In this document: positions 34,698 through 43,801 of the stretch, in pieces | Layout: each line of letters starts with the position of its first letter | How positions within the stretch are numbered: position 1 is the first letter of the stretch | Notes under the pieces: model-generated | Told to the model about the DNA's origin: nothing | What the model saw: only the letters and a program-made list of their open reading frames with translations | Databases searched by the model: none | Assembly (NCBI GenBank): GCA_018698675.1 | Contig: JABIPA010000059.1 | Location: forward strand, 15,784 to 79,783 | DNA: 64,000 bases | From: a bacterium | GTDB lineage: Bacteria; Margulisbacteria; Marinamargulisbacteria; JABIPA01 | Reading direction: 5' to 3' | Position numbers and translations under genes: made by a program

Positions 34698-34719
34698 AAG
34701 TTTAAGCATGCTTAAACTT
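34698..34719. promoter_or_regulatory. 22-bp perfect palindrome (candidate DtxR-family operator) upstream of the regulator/ytg-like operon
   Basis: 'aagtttaagcatgcttaaactt' is its own reverse complement. It lies ~40 bp upstream of the DtxR-family gene start at 34659. Confidence 0.45.
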
Positions 34720-35081
34720 TTTGTCAAGCACCCTTTATTTAATAGTTGGGAATAACCAATAAATAAATTTTTGCCTTAAGTACAGATTAATTATCCAATT
34801 TTTTACAGAGGTTTTTAAAGCGAAGATATAAAAGCAATACCAACGTCGAGGCTTATTTTCTTGGCATCTCAGTGAATACATTTATATATAGCTATAGAGG
34901 TGTTTTTTATAATACAGATCCTGAAAAAATGCAGAAAAGAGCTCTTACGTTATAGATGCCTATTCACTAATTCGATAGTATTCTTAGTTTTTAATAAAAA
35001 AATCGTGTTCGAAACGAAGTTCGTGAAGAAAAAAACGTTCATGTTGAAAGGAACCTAATTGAGTGTCCTCAACCTACTGTT

Positions 35082-35852
35082 CTATTTACAGCACCCTTCA
35101 TTAGCGCATCCTGAGTCACTTTTTTTACCAGGCTTATTAAAGCTAAATAATATCGTTTGAAAAAACGACTTTATTGCAACTTTCAATAATTTAAATTTCT
35201 TAATAGAAACTTCTCCAGTTTCACGTTGCCGATGAGGAACATCTATCTGAACAATCCGAAGCCCTAAATAATTCACCATTCCAGAAATAATTACATTGGG
35301 TGCAAACGTATCTTTAGGAATACCCTCATATGTAGCTCGAAGTTTTTCTACTCTCATCAATCGATATGGCGAATTAACGTCATAGACACCCGTTCCATAA
35401 AATAGCCGGACACATAGTCGAGAAATCAATGAAATCAATCGTCGCGGTAATGGGTTTTCCCGGTTTTCACGAATACCTATTAAAAAATCAGCATCGTTTC
35501 GTTGCTCCCATAATAGTTTAAAATGAGCTGCTGGAAGCTCATTATCAGAATCTATCTGAAAAAGCCATGTATGGCTTAAATTATCACAATAGCCCTTTAA
35601 AATAGTAGGACCATGTCCAGAATTTGCTTTATCATGCACAGTTAGCTCGGGGACTTTTTTCTCAATTTCCTTACAAACGCTTAACGTATTATCTTTTGAC
35701 CCATCATTGTACAAGTGAATCGAAAAATCGATAGCTAATGGCCGTAAATTATCTACCCAATCTTGAATTACAGTATCAATAATCTCCGTTTCATTATAAA
35801 CAGGGATAACAATCGCTAATGATTCTTTTTCGATTTTTTTAGAGTCTGTCAT
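35082..35852 (-). CDS. family 2 glycosyltransferase (GtrB/DPM1-like polyprenol-phosphate sugar transferase)
   Basis: GT2 motifs are present: 'LAIVIPVYNETEII', 'YNDGSKDNT' and 'FQIDSDNE'. Confidence 0.75.
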   Translation of the reverse strand: MTDSKKIEKESLAIVIPVYNETEIIDTVIQDWVDNLRPLAIDFSIHLYNDGSKDNTLSVCKEIEKKVPELTVHDKANSGHGPTILKGYCDNLSHTWLFQIDSDNELPAAHFKLLWEQRNDADFLIGIRENRENPLPRRLISLISRLCVRLFYGTGVYDVNSPYRLMRVEKLRATYEGIPKDTFAPNVIISGMVNYLGLRIVQIDVPHRQRETGEVSIKKFKLLKVAIKSFFQTILFSFNKPGKKSDSGCANEGCCK

Positions 35853-35854
35853 GA

Positions 35855-37030
35855 TTATTCCTTTTCAACGGCCTTTATTTTTGTTTCATATGTCGCCAAT
35901 GCCTTTGCAATGCTCTGATGCATATCAAAATACTTATATTCACCTAAGCGTCCACCAAATATAACATTTTTCTCAGATTTCGTTTCGTCGAGATATTTCT
36001 GATAAACGGTCTGGTTATCTGGTGTGTTAATTGGATAATAGGGTTCTTCGGGGTTTACTTCAGAAAATTCCTTAATTATTAAAGACGTTCCCTCTTTGTG
36101 GTCTTTTTCAGGATGAAGATGTTTAGGCTCGTGGATTCTTGTAAACTCAACCTCAAGTTCTGCATAATTCATTACGGATGAGCCTTGATAATCATCATAA
36201 GGAACAGCCTCTTTTTCAAAACGAATACTGCGCCATTCTAACGTTCCATGTTTGTAATCAAAATATCGATCAACAGGACCTGTGTACACTATTTTTTTAG
36301 AATCAGGAATATGGGCCTTGATGTCAAAAAAGTCCACATTTAACAAAACGTCGATATTATCATTTTTCAACATTTTTTCAAAAATAGCACCATATCCATC
36401 GGTTGGAATGCCTTGCCATCTACTAAAATAATAGTTCTCGTTATAGCTCTTTCTAAAAGGCAACCTGTTTAAAATAGACGCAGGCAGGTCCTTTGGGTCC
36501 TTTTGCCACTGTTTCATCGTATATCCCTTTATAAAGGCTTCATACAATGGACGACCAATCATGGTTATCGCTTTTTCTTCAAAGTTTTTGGGTTCTTTAA
36601 TGTTTTCCTTCTCGATTTCCTTCTTCAAAAAAGCATCGACTTCATATGGCCTAAGTTGAACATCATAAAACATGTTTATCGTCTCCAAATTAATTGGCAT
36701 TTGATAAACCTTCCCTTTGTACGTTGTTAGTACTTGATGAAAATAGCCATTAAATTCGGTGAATCGGTTAACATAATCCCACACTTTCTCGTTCGAAGTA
36801 TGAAAAATATGAGTCCCATATGTATGAAAATGCACACCAGTTTCTGGATCGTCTTCTGAATAACTATTCCCACCTATATGAGATCTTCGGTCCAGAACTA
36901 GAACCTTTTTACCTAATTCTGTTGCGATTCGTTCGGCAATTGTAGCCCCAAAAAAACCAGCCCCACATATTATGTAATCTGCTCTCTCAATACGATCTTT
37001 ATACTCATTTAATTCCATATTATTTCTCAC
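35855..37030 (-). CDS. glf: UDP-galactopyranose mutase
   Basis: The FAD-binding N-terminus is 'YIICGAGFFGATIAERI...VLVLDRRSHIGGNSYS' and a 'GTHIFHT' motif follows. The protein shows full-length similarity to Glf. Confidence 0.9.
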   Translation of the reverse strand: MRNNMELNEYKDRIERADYIICGAGFFGATIAERIATELGKKVLVLDRRSHIGGNSYSEDDPETGVHFHTYGTHIFHTSNEKVWDYVNRFTEFNGYFHQVLTTYKGKVYQMPINLETINMFYDVQLRPYEVDAFLKKEIEKENIKEPKNFEEKAITMIGRPLYEAFIKGYTMKQWQKDPKDLPASILNRLPFRKSYNENYYFSRWQGIPTDGYGAIFEKMLKNDNIDVLLNVDFFDIKAHIPDSKKIVYTGPVDRYFDYKHGTLEWRSIRFEKEAVPYDDYQGSSVMNYAELEVEFTRIHEPKHLHPEKDHKEGTSLIIKEFSEVNPEEPYYPINTPDNQTVYQKYLDETKSEKNVIFGGRLGEYKYFDMHQSIAKALATYETKIKAVEKE

Positions 37031-37451
37031 TATTCTCTTTTATATTTTGTGGTTTAAACGTAATCCATTTATTCAATCCAAATTGAACAAAAACGACGAC
37101 TCCAATTGTCAGTACTTTTCCAATAATCGGTTCTATGCCTAATTTTTCGACTTGAATCCATAATAATATTGAACTCAACCCTAATCCCACAGTACCAACC
37201 ATCAAGAAGGATCCATATCTCCATAAAAATCTATCTTTAGTCTTAAAATTCACCAACGCATTCCATAAAAAGTTGTGGGTAATTGCACTATACACGCTAA
37301 TTCCATTAGCAAGTAAATAATGCCACTTTAATACAGAGGACATGAAATAAAACCCTATTAAATCAATTGAAAGCCCCATAACACCGATTAAACTATAGGC
37401 AACAAATTGTCGTTGGATTTCCGTTAATCGTTCATTCCACATTTTTTTCAC
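37020..37451 (-). CDS. GtrA-family membrane protein (polyprenol-linked sugar flippase component)
   Basis: 143 aa with 4 TM helices. The N-terminal 'FVAYSLIGVMGLSIDLIGFYF' is GtrA-like. Confidence 0.7.
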   Translation of the reverse strand: MKKMWNERLTEIQRQFVAYSLIGVMGLSIDLIGFYFMSSVLKWHYLLANGISVYSAITHNFLWNALVNFKTKDRFLWRYGSFLMVGTVGLGLSSILLWIQVEKLGIEPIIGKVLTIGVVVFVQFGLNKWITFKPQNIKENSEK

Positions 37452-37457
37452 AGGGTA

Positions 37458-38627
37458 TTAACTTGCGAGCAGACGCTTGTCCTGCTTACTACTCGTGGCT
37501 TTAGGTTTAAACGTTACGCCACTTGATACGAAAATCAAAATAGAAATCAACATAATTTGAGTGAACAAATGGTAATACGGCCATAAAGTAATACTTAATA
37601 AAACTAATACGACATATCGTCCTACATTTTTTAATCGGTCTAAAACAAAGAGAGCTGGCATTATTTGTAAAACGAATGAGTAGTCTTTCATTCGAGGAAC
37701 CATAATCCCGTAAGCTAGTGCAAAAAAGGCAACTTTATATCGATCCTCTTCTTTTCTCATCACAAACAAATAGCTAAACCCAAATATCGCTGCAAATATA
37801 AATAGCAAGGTTTTATAAACATTTTGTGGATTTAAGGAACCTCCCGCGACGGCTTTAAAAAATGGGACAAAATCATAAATAATCCATACCAATAACGATG
37901 GATTCGTATATCCAGTGCTATCCAAAACATTTGGATTTTGTAAAAAATTCAAACTTATTTCAGGAAAACAAAAAAACGTAGCTAAGTTAATTACAAGAAA
38001 TGAGGCGACACCTTCAGACATCGCGTGTAAATTTTTGGCATCTGGTTTAAATAAAAATATCCCCAAAAATACGATCAAAGGCCCCTTACAAAGACCTGCT
38101 AAAAGAATGCCAATCATGGCGAGTTTCAACTTACCTCTCAAGAAAAACGCAATTCCGGACCATAAGAATAGTTGTTCAAAAATTGAAATATTTCCAGCTA
38201 TAATATCCAAACGAATCGTACAATGAAAAGCACCTATCGCTAGAACCGCCAGCACAAATGGATCCGTTCGTCTCTTTAAATCAAACCCTTTCATCCATAC
38301 ACAAAAAAGAGCCATAGCGGCTAATAACTTTGCAGCTAAAAAAACTAACCTAGCCGACTCATAAGGCAACTTAGTTAACGGCCAAAATATTGGCAACATA
38401 TATGGAGCATATGCAAAGTGGATATAAGTAGGAACATTCTCGCCCTTAATATGGGCTACTGAAGATGCCCGATAAGGGTTTAATCCCTCAACAGCTGCTG
38501 TTGTTCCATAATAATACGATTGAAAGTCACTCATATAGTGGGACTTCATGGTTATCGACCCCATATATAAGACCCAAGCGAAAAAAATTAGTATCATTAT
38601 ATTTTTTAAGGAACTTTTTGATATCAT
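37458..38627 (-). CDS. polytopic membrane glycosyltransferase-like protein (GT-C/DUF2029-like, GtrC analogue)
   Basis: 389 aa with >=10 TM helices. It lies immediately upstream of the gtrA-like, glf and GT2 genes on the same strand. Confidence 0.4.
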   Translation of the reverse strand: MISKSSLKNIMILIFFAWVLYMGSITMKSHYMSDFQSYYYGTTAAVEGLNPYRASSVAHIKGENVPTYIHFAYAPYMLPIFWPLTKLPYESARLVFLAAKLLAAMALFCVWMKGFDLKRRTDPFVLAVLAIGAFHCTIRLDIIAGNISIFEQLFLWSGIAFFLRGKLKLAMIGILLAGLCKGPLIVFLGIFLFKPDAKNLHAMSEGVASFLVINLATFFCFPEISLNFLQNPNVLDSTGYTNPSLLVWIIYDFVPFFKAVAGGSLNPQNVYKTLLFIFAAIFGFSYLFVMRKEEDRYKVAFFALAYGIMVPRMKDYSFVLQIMPALFVLDRLKNVGRYVVLVLLSITLWPYYHLFTQIMLISILIFVSSGVTFKPKATSSKQDKRLLAS

Positions 38628-38630
38628 TAT

Positions 38631-39029
38631 TTGAATTATAATCTATTTTCTCACCATGAAGAAGAATCCGTTTTAAAACTATTGTATACTTCAGTACAAA
38701 TGCCGATGAAAATCATACGTAAAGGGTCCTGTAAAAAACGAGGGATTTGTTGTAAAAGCATTCATGTCGAACTAAAAACGAGATGGATCAAAAACGTTAA
38801 GTTCTGGCTATTTATTCTTAAATTTTCTCCCCTAAAACATCTAACGTTTACAGAGATTGATAATGAAGGTGATATGCGATTTAAATGCCGCCATTTAACA
38901 AAGCAAGGTCAATGCGGCATTCACAAAACCCGACCCATGTTTTGTAGACTTTATCCATTTCAATCCACTTATACGAATAACAAAATGTTACCTGGATGTG
39001 GATATTGGTTTGAAAAACAGTTGGAATAA
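38631..39029 (+). CDS. YkgJ-family cysteine-cluster protein (CxxCxxCC Fe/Zn-chelating domain)
   Basis: The Cys clusters are 'CKKRGICCK' and 'CRHL...GQCGIHKTRPMFCRLYPF'. Confidence 0.5.
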   Translation: MNYNLFSHHEEESVLKLLYTSVQMPMKIIRKGSCKKRGICCKSIHVELKTRWIKNVKFWLFILKFSPLKHLTFTEIDNEGDMRFKCRHLTKQGQCGIHKTRPMFCRLYPFQSTYTNNKMLPGCGYWFEKQLE

Positions 39030-39061
39030 CCTCTTTACTTAGCGAATACTAAGCAAAGAGG
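39030..39061. terminator. bidirectional hairpin between convergent ykgJ-like and gatB genes
   Basis: 'cctctttacttagcgaatactaagcaaagagg' forms a 13/14-bp stem with a 5-nt loop. An A/T-rich tract follows. Confidence 0.45.
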
Positions 39062-39083
39062 CCTCTACAATATATTTTTAGCT

Positions 39084-40541
39084 TTAACCCAAAATAGACT
39101 TAAGAATCATATCCTTAACAACGTCCGGCTTAGCACGTCCTTTGGATTCTTTCATGACTTGTCCCATCAAAAACCCGGCAGCAGCTGTTTTACCATTTTT
39201 AATTTTCTCTACAACTGCTTGGTTTGCAGCTAATACGTCATCTACAATTGATTGAAGAGCCCCTTCATCTGAAATTTGAGTCGATCCAGATGCGTCTACA
39301 ATAGACTTGGCAGTTTTACCTGTTTCAATCATTTGTTTCAATACATCTTTTGCTATTTTCCCAGATATTTTTCCCTGCTCTTTCAAGCTTAGTAAAGATA
39401 ACAATTCCTCTGGACTTACCTTTGTATTTCCAAAATCATCAGATGTTTCCTTCAAAAAGGAGTTAAAATCTCCGACGATCCACTTCGCCGTTTCTTTTGC
39501 CGTGACCGATAACTTAGCCGTCACTAATAATTCATTTGCTTTCTCAAAATAAGTATTCATATCCATGTCGCCGATTATAACCTTGACCTCGAAGTCTGAA
39601 AGTCCCAATTCAGAAGAATATCTTTTTCGCTTAGCCAAAGGAAGTTCAGGCATAGCTTGCCGTTCTTCATCAATTTGAGCGTCAGATAATACCAACGGAA
39701 TCAAATCAGGTTCGGGAAAATAACGATAATCATGAGCATCTGCTTTTCCTCTTAATGAATGTGTCGTTTGCGTTGCATCATCAAAATGACGTGTTTCTTG
39801 AACAACTGTTCCACCGTCTAAAAGTATTAATTTTTGACGCTTGATTTCATGCTGAATCGCTCGTTCAACAGAACGAAATGAATTTAAGTTTTTTACCTCT
39901 GCCCTGGTACCAAACTCTTTTTGCCCAACTGGTCGTAACGATACATTTGCATCGCATCGTAAACTTCCTTCTTCCAAGTTCCCATCACACACACCAATAT
40001 ACATCACAATTTCATGCAGCATTTCAAAATACTCTCTTGCTTCTGCGGCAGTCCTAAAGTCAGGTTCAGATACTATTTCTATCAAAGGAACAGATGCCCT
40101 ATTTAAATCCACTAAACTACCCGTAGATCCAGAAACACCCTCAGCGCCTTGGTGAACTAATTTCCCCGCGTCTTCTTCAATATGAATTCGGGTAATTCCT
40201 ATTCTTTTTTTGTTTTGAATAAGATCCATATGTCCGCCCAAGCAAACAGGAAACTCGAATTGGGTAATTTGATAGTTTTTAGGCATATCCGGATAAAAAT
40301 AGTTTTTTCTGGAAAAAACAGATCTGTTCTGAATATCACAATTAATTGCTAATCCAGCACGAACCGCCATTTTAGCAACCATTTCATTTAAAACAGGTAA
40401 TGCACCGGGCATTCCCAAGCACGTCGGGCACACATTTGTATTTGGCTGCCGTCCAAATTCATTCGGACACGAACAAAAAGCCTTCGATTTCGTTTTTAAC
40501 TGAACATGAACTTCTAATCCAATAACGCTTTCAAATTCCAT
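39084..40541 (-). CDS. gatB: Asp/Glu-tRNA(Asn/Gln) amidotransferase subunit B
   Basis: The N-terminus 'MEFESVIGLEVHVQLKTKSKAFCSC' is present. The full length is 485 aa. Confidence 0.95.
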   Translation of the reverse strand: MEFESVIGLEVHVQLKTKSKAFCSCPNEFGRQPNTNVCPTCLGMPGALPVLNEMVAKMAVRAGLAINCDIQNRSVFSRKNYFYPDMPKNYQITQFEFPVCLGGHMDLIQNKKRIGITRIHIEEDAGKLVHQGAEGVSGSTGSLVDLNRASVPLIEIVSEPDFRTAAEAREYFEMLHEIVMYIGVCDGNLEEGSLRCDANVSLRPVGQKEFGTRAEVKNLNSFRSVERAIQHEIKRQKLILLDGGTVVQETRHFDDATQTTHSLRGKADAHDYRYFPEPDLIPLVLSDAQIDEERQAMPELPLAKRKRYSSELGLSDFEVKVIIGDMDMNTYFEKANELLVTAKLSVTAKETAKWIVGDFNSFLKETSDDFGNTKVSPEELLSLLSLKEQGKISGKIAKDVLKQMIETGKTAKSIVDASGSTQISDEGALQSIVDDVLAANQAVVEKIKNGKTAAAGFLMGQVMKESKGRAKPDVVKDMILKSILG

Positions 40542-40554
40542 TTAAATCCCTCTG

Positions 40555-42063
40555 TTACCGTACAGGCGTTTCTTTATGAAACCCCGTTGATTGTTGATAT
40601 ATATGCGCAATATTTAATAATTTTGATTCCGAAAAATTTGGTCCAATAAACTGAGCCCCCACCGGTAATCCATCGGAAAACCCGCATGGAATAGATAATG
40701 CAGGGCATCCCGCAAGATTTGCTGATGCCGTTGCAATATCAGATAGGTACATAGCTAATGGATCATCCACGTTTTCTCCCAATTTAAAGGGAGGAGTCGG
40801 ACTCGTTGGGGTTAAAACGATATCGTATTTTGCGAAGGTTTGTTCAAATTCTTGCTTAATAACCGTTCTTACTTTTTGAGCCTTAATATAATAAGCATCG
40901 TAATACCCTGAGCTTAATACATAGGTACCTAAGACAATTCGTCGTTTAACTTCTGCCCCAAAGCCATTTCCACGTGCGTTTTTGTACATGTCTCGCAACG
41001 AAGACTCATTACCTTCTCGATGCCCATATCTTACGCCATCATACCTAGCCAAATTTGACGAAGCTTCTGCTGGAGCAAGAATATAATAGGCAGGAATTGC
41101 ATAGTTAAACGAGTCGATGCTAATTTCTTCCCATGTCGCGCCTTGTTTTTCAAACCAGCTCAACATATCTTGAATCTTTTCTTTAACGCCACTATCAATC
41201 GCGTCACCCAGTAGTTCCTTCGGGACACCAATTTTTAAGCCATTTATGTCATTATTTAAGTTTGACGTAAAATCTTCAACAGCCTGAGAAGATAAGTTTT
41301 TTTGTTTTGTTGAACCCAATGCAACGTGATCCTGCAACGACGTTGCATCCATTGGATCGTGTCCAGAAATTACGTTCATTAAGTGAGCAGCGTCTTCCGC
41401 AGTTCTAGTGAATGGACCAATTTGATCCAGAGATGAGGCAAATGCAACCAACCCATATCTAGACACACGTCCATATGTCGGTTTCAGCCCACATATCCCG
41501 CAAAATGACGCGGGTTGCCTAATCGACCCACCCGTATCTGAACCTAACGACAATGGAAGTTGCCCAGCTCCAACAACTGCAGCAGATCCTCCAGACGACC
41601 CTCCAGGTGCCCGTGTTAAATCCCACGGGTTTTTAGTTGAGAAAAATGCAGAGTTTTCAGTCGAAGACCCCATGGCAAATTCATCCATGTTCGTTTTTCC
41701 AACCATTACTAGCTTGTTTTGTTTTAGTTTTGTAATAACAGTCGCGTCATAAGGCGATTCAAAGTTTTTTAGATAATTCGACCCACATGTTGTTTTTGTT
41801 CCTAAAACATTCATATTGTCTTTAACCGCAATTGGAACACCGGCTAATGTTGGTAGAGTTTCTCCGTTTTTAACCTTGTCATCTACTTCTTGCGCAGTTT
41901 CCAACGCTTGTTCTTTCATTAAAGATAGAAAACCCTTAATTGATTTATCCGACGAATCAATCGTTTTGAACGTCTCTTCCGCCAAACTTACAGCCGTAAT
42001 ATCGCCATTTTGAATGGCTTTATGACTCTCAATTGCAGTTTTAAATGTTGTATCGTTACTCAT
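40555..42063 (-). CDS. gatA: Asp/Glu-tRNA(Asn/Gln) amidotransferase subunit A
   Basis: The amidase signature is 'GGSSGGSAAVV'. The length is 502 aa. Confidence 0.95.
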   Translation of the reverse strand: MSNDTTFKTAIESHKAIQNGDITAVSLAEETFKTIDSSDKSIKGFLSLMKEQALETAQEVDDKVKNGETLPTLAGVPIAVKDNMNVLGTKTTCGSNYLKNFESPYDATVITKLKQNKLVMVGKTNMDEFAMGSSTENSAFFSTKNPWDLTRAPGGSSGGSAAVVGAGQLPLSLGSDTGGSIRQPASFCGICGLKPTYGRVSRYGLVAFASSLDQIGPFTRTAEDAAHLMNVISGHDPMDATSLQDHVALGSTKQKNLSSQAVEDFTSNLNNDINGLKIGVPKELLGDAIDSGVKEKIQDMLSWFEKQGATWEEISIDSFNYAIPAYYILAPAEASSNLARYDGVRYGHREGNESSLRDMYKNARGNGFGAEVKRRIVLGTYVLSSGYYDAYYIKAQKVRTVIKQEFEQTFAKYDIVLTPTSPTPPFKLGENVDDPLAMYLSDIATASANLAGCPALSIPCGFSDGLPVGAQFIGPNFSESKLLNIAHIYQQSTGFHKETPVR

Positions 42064-42066
42064 AAG

Positions 42067-42351
42067 TTATCCCCCTAAAATGCTTGGCACGCCAAAAGCA
42101 TTATTTTCCCAATGAGGGGCATTATTTTGAAGACTAATTGAAGTTCGCGTTTCCTCATCTTTTCTCAAGAAAGTAGGTACTGTATTTGAATAAGAAGTAG
42201 GCTCAATATCTTTTAAATCAAGCTCATTAATTTTTTCCATATATCCTAATATGCGAGACATTTGGCCATGAAGTTCCTTTTTTTCTTCATCGCTTACATT
42301 TAATTCGGATAATTTTAAAACTTTTTCTACGTCTTTTTGTTCGATTGACAT
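42067..42351 (-). CDS. gatC: Asp/Glu-tRNA(Asn/Gln) amidotransferase subunit C
   Basis: 94 aa, immediately upstream of gatA in a gatCAB arrangement. Confidence 0.8.
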   Translation of the reverse strand: MSIEQKDVEKVLKLSELNVSDEEKKELHGQMSRILGYMEKINELDLKDIEPTSYSNTVPTFLRKDEETRTSISLQNNAPHWENNAFGVPSILGG

Positions 42352-42496
42352 GGGTGAAAGTATATCAAAGGGGGTGTTTTCTATCCATATTTTTGTAATG
42401 CATTCAAAGATTTCTCAAACGCTCATAGAATCTGTGGCATATCATTGTTCCACGAGGAGCTGTCACAACGTATAAAACAAGAACACCTCTGTTAGA

Positions 42497-43801
42497 TTAA
42501 TATAAGTCAAACGCTATAATGGTAACGTCGTCTGCAAGCGGGTTCCCATCTAAAAATTTATTTAAAGACCGGGATAACTGCTCTTCCAGATCCCAATTCT
42601 TTCTATTCGAATTATACGCTACTACTTCTTTTCGAAAACGTTCATACCCGTATCTCTCGCCAGATCTATTCTTAGCGTCAAAAATACCGTCGGTCGAAGC
42701 AATAAGTAAATCTCCCGGCTGATACTGAAAGCTTCCCTGAATAAAATCATTAGTTTCTGAAAAGCCTATAGGGGGTGATATCTCATCCAAATCAATAAAA
42801 ATCCCTTTTCGAAAAATCGATAGAAAATCCAACCCTGCTCTACAATATTTAATGGTTTTTTCTTTAGTGTTAAAAGAGATATAAACAGCAACACACATTC
42901 TTTTAAGCGTTTTAATTTCTTCAACTTCACTATTCATAATTTGCATAATTTCTCGAGGAGATATATTGCCCTTAATTTGTTTTCTTAAAATCTGATGTAG
43001 CTGAATTGCAACATAACTGGCTTCGATTCCTTTTCCTGCCACATCGGCCAAAAAATACCCTATATCCTTTATACTTGAGACTCTTATATCATAAAAATCA
43101 CCACTCACCATATAGTGCGATGGAGAATGAAAAACCATCGGCATAATCCCGCTAAATTTGTGCAATTTAGGCAAATACCGTTCCTGGAATTTTCGTGCAA
43201 GCTTATATTCTTCGTCACGTTTAGATCTATCTCCTAGTTCTTGGTTCGCCTTTTTTAACTCCGTTTCATTCTGATAAAAAAAATAAACAAATAAAAATGT
43301 GAATAGAAACGCAGTAGCTACAGCAAACTCATAAATTATAAGTTGAGAGAATGGACCAATATACTCACGATACCCAGCTAAAACATCAGGATAAAAAATG
43401 TCAAAAAAATCAAACAGAAACCGCCCAATCACCGGAAAAGAAGCAGAAATAAATATTTCAGCTTTTTCATGAGACTCAAAAAAAACTAAGGGAAGTGAAA
43501 TAATCGGTATAAAAATTAATGGAGCGCCTGTATCCTTTCCAAGCATTACCGAATAACAAAATAAAGTAAAAGAAAGCCCTGCTATCAAAACAATTTTAGA
43601 GTATTTGGCTTGATTAAATTTTTCCAATAATAATGTCGTCAATGCCGTCACATACAAACTAGACATTGTTAATGCAGACCTAGGTAAATCAAAAAAAACG
43701 AATAGAAATATATAAGGGATCCCCATTATTATCAAAAACTTTGCAATCAATGAGACTAATTCAAATTCCCCCCCTTTTATTTTCGTAATGAATTTTGTCA
43801 A
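42497..43801 (-). CDS. membrane-anchored PP2C-type (SpoIIE/RsbU-like) serine phosphatase
   Basis: The N-terminal ~190 aa are polytopic membrane domain. The C-terminal PPM motifs are 'SGDFYD', 'LADVAGKGIEASY', 'IASTDGIFDA' and 'DDVTIIAFD'. Confidence 0.75.
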   Translation of the reverse strand: MTKFITKIKGGEFELVSLIAKFLIIMGIPYIFLFVFFDLPRSALTMSSLYVTALTTLLLEKFNQAKYSKIVLIAGLSFTLFCYSVMLGKDTGAPLIFIPIISLPLVFFESHEKAEIFISASFPVIGRFLFDFFDIFYPDVLAGYREYIGPFSQLIIYEFAVATAFLFTFLFVYFFYQNETELKKANQELGDRSKRDEEYKLARKFQERYLPKLHKFSGIMPMVFHSPSHYMVSGDFYDIRVSSIKDIGYFLADVAGKGIEASYVAIQLHQILRKQIKGNISPREIMQIMNSEVEEIKTLKRMCVAVYISFNTKEKTIKYCRAGLDFLSIFRKGIFIDLDEISPPIGFSETNDFIQGSFQYQPGDLLIASTDGIFDAKNRSGERYGYERFRKEVVAYNSNRKNWDLEEQLSRSLNKFLDGNPLADDVTIIAFDLY

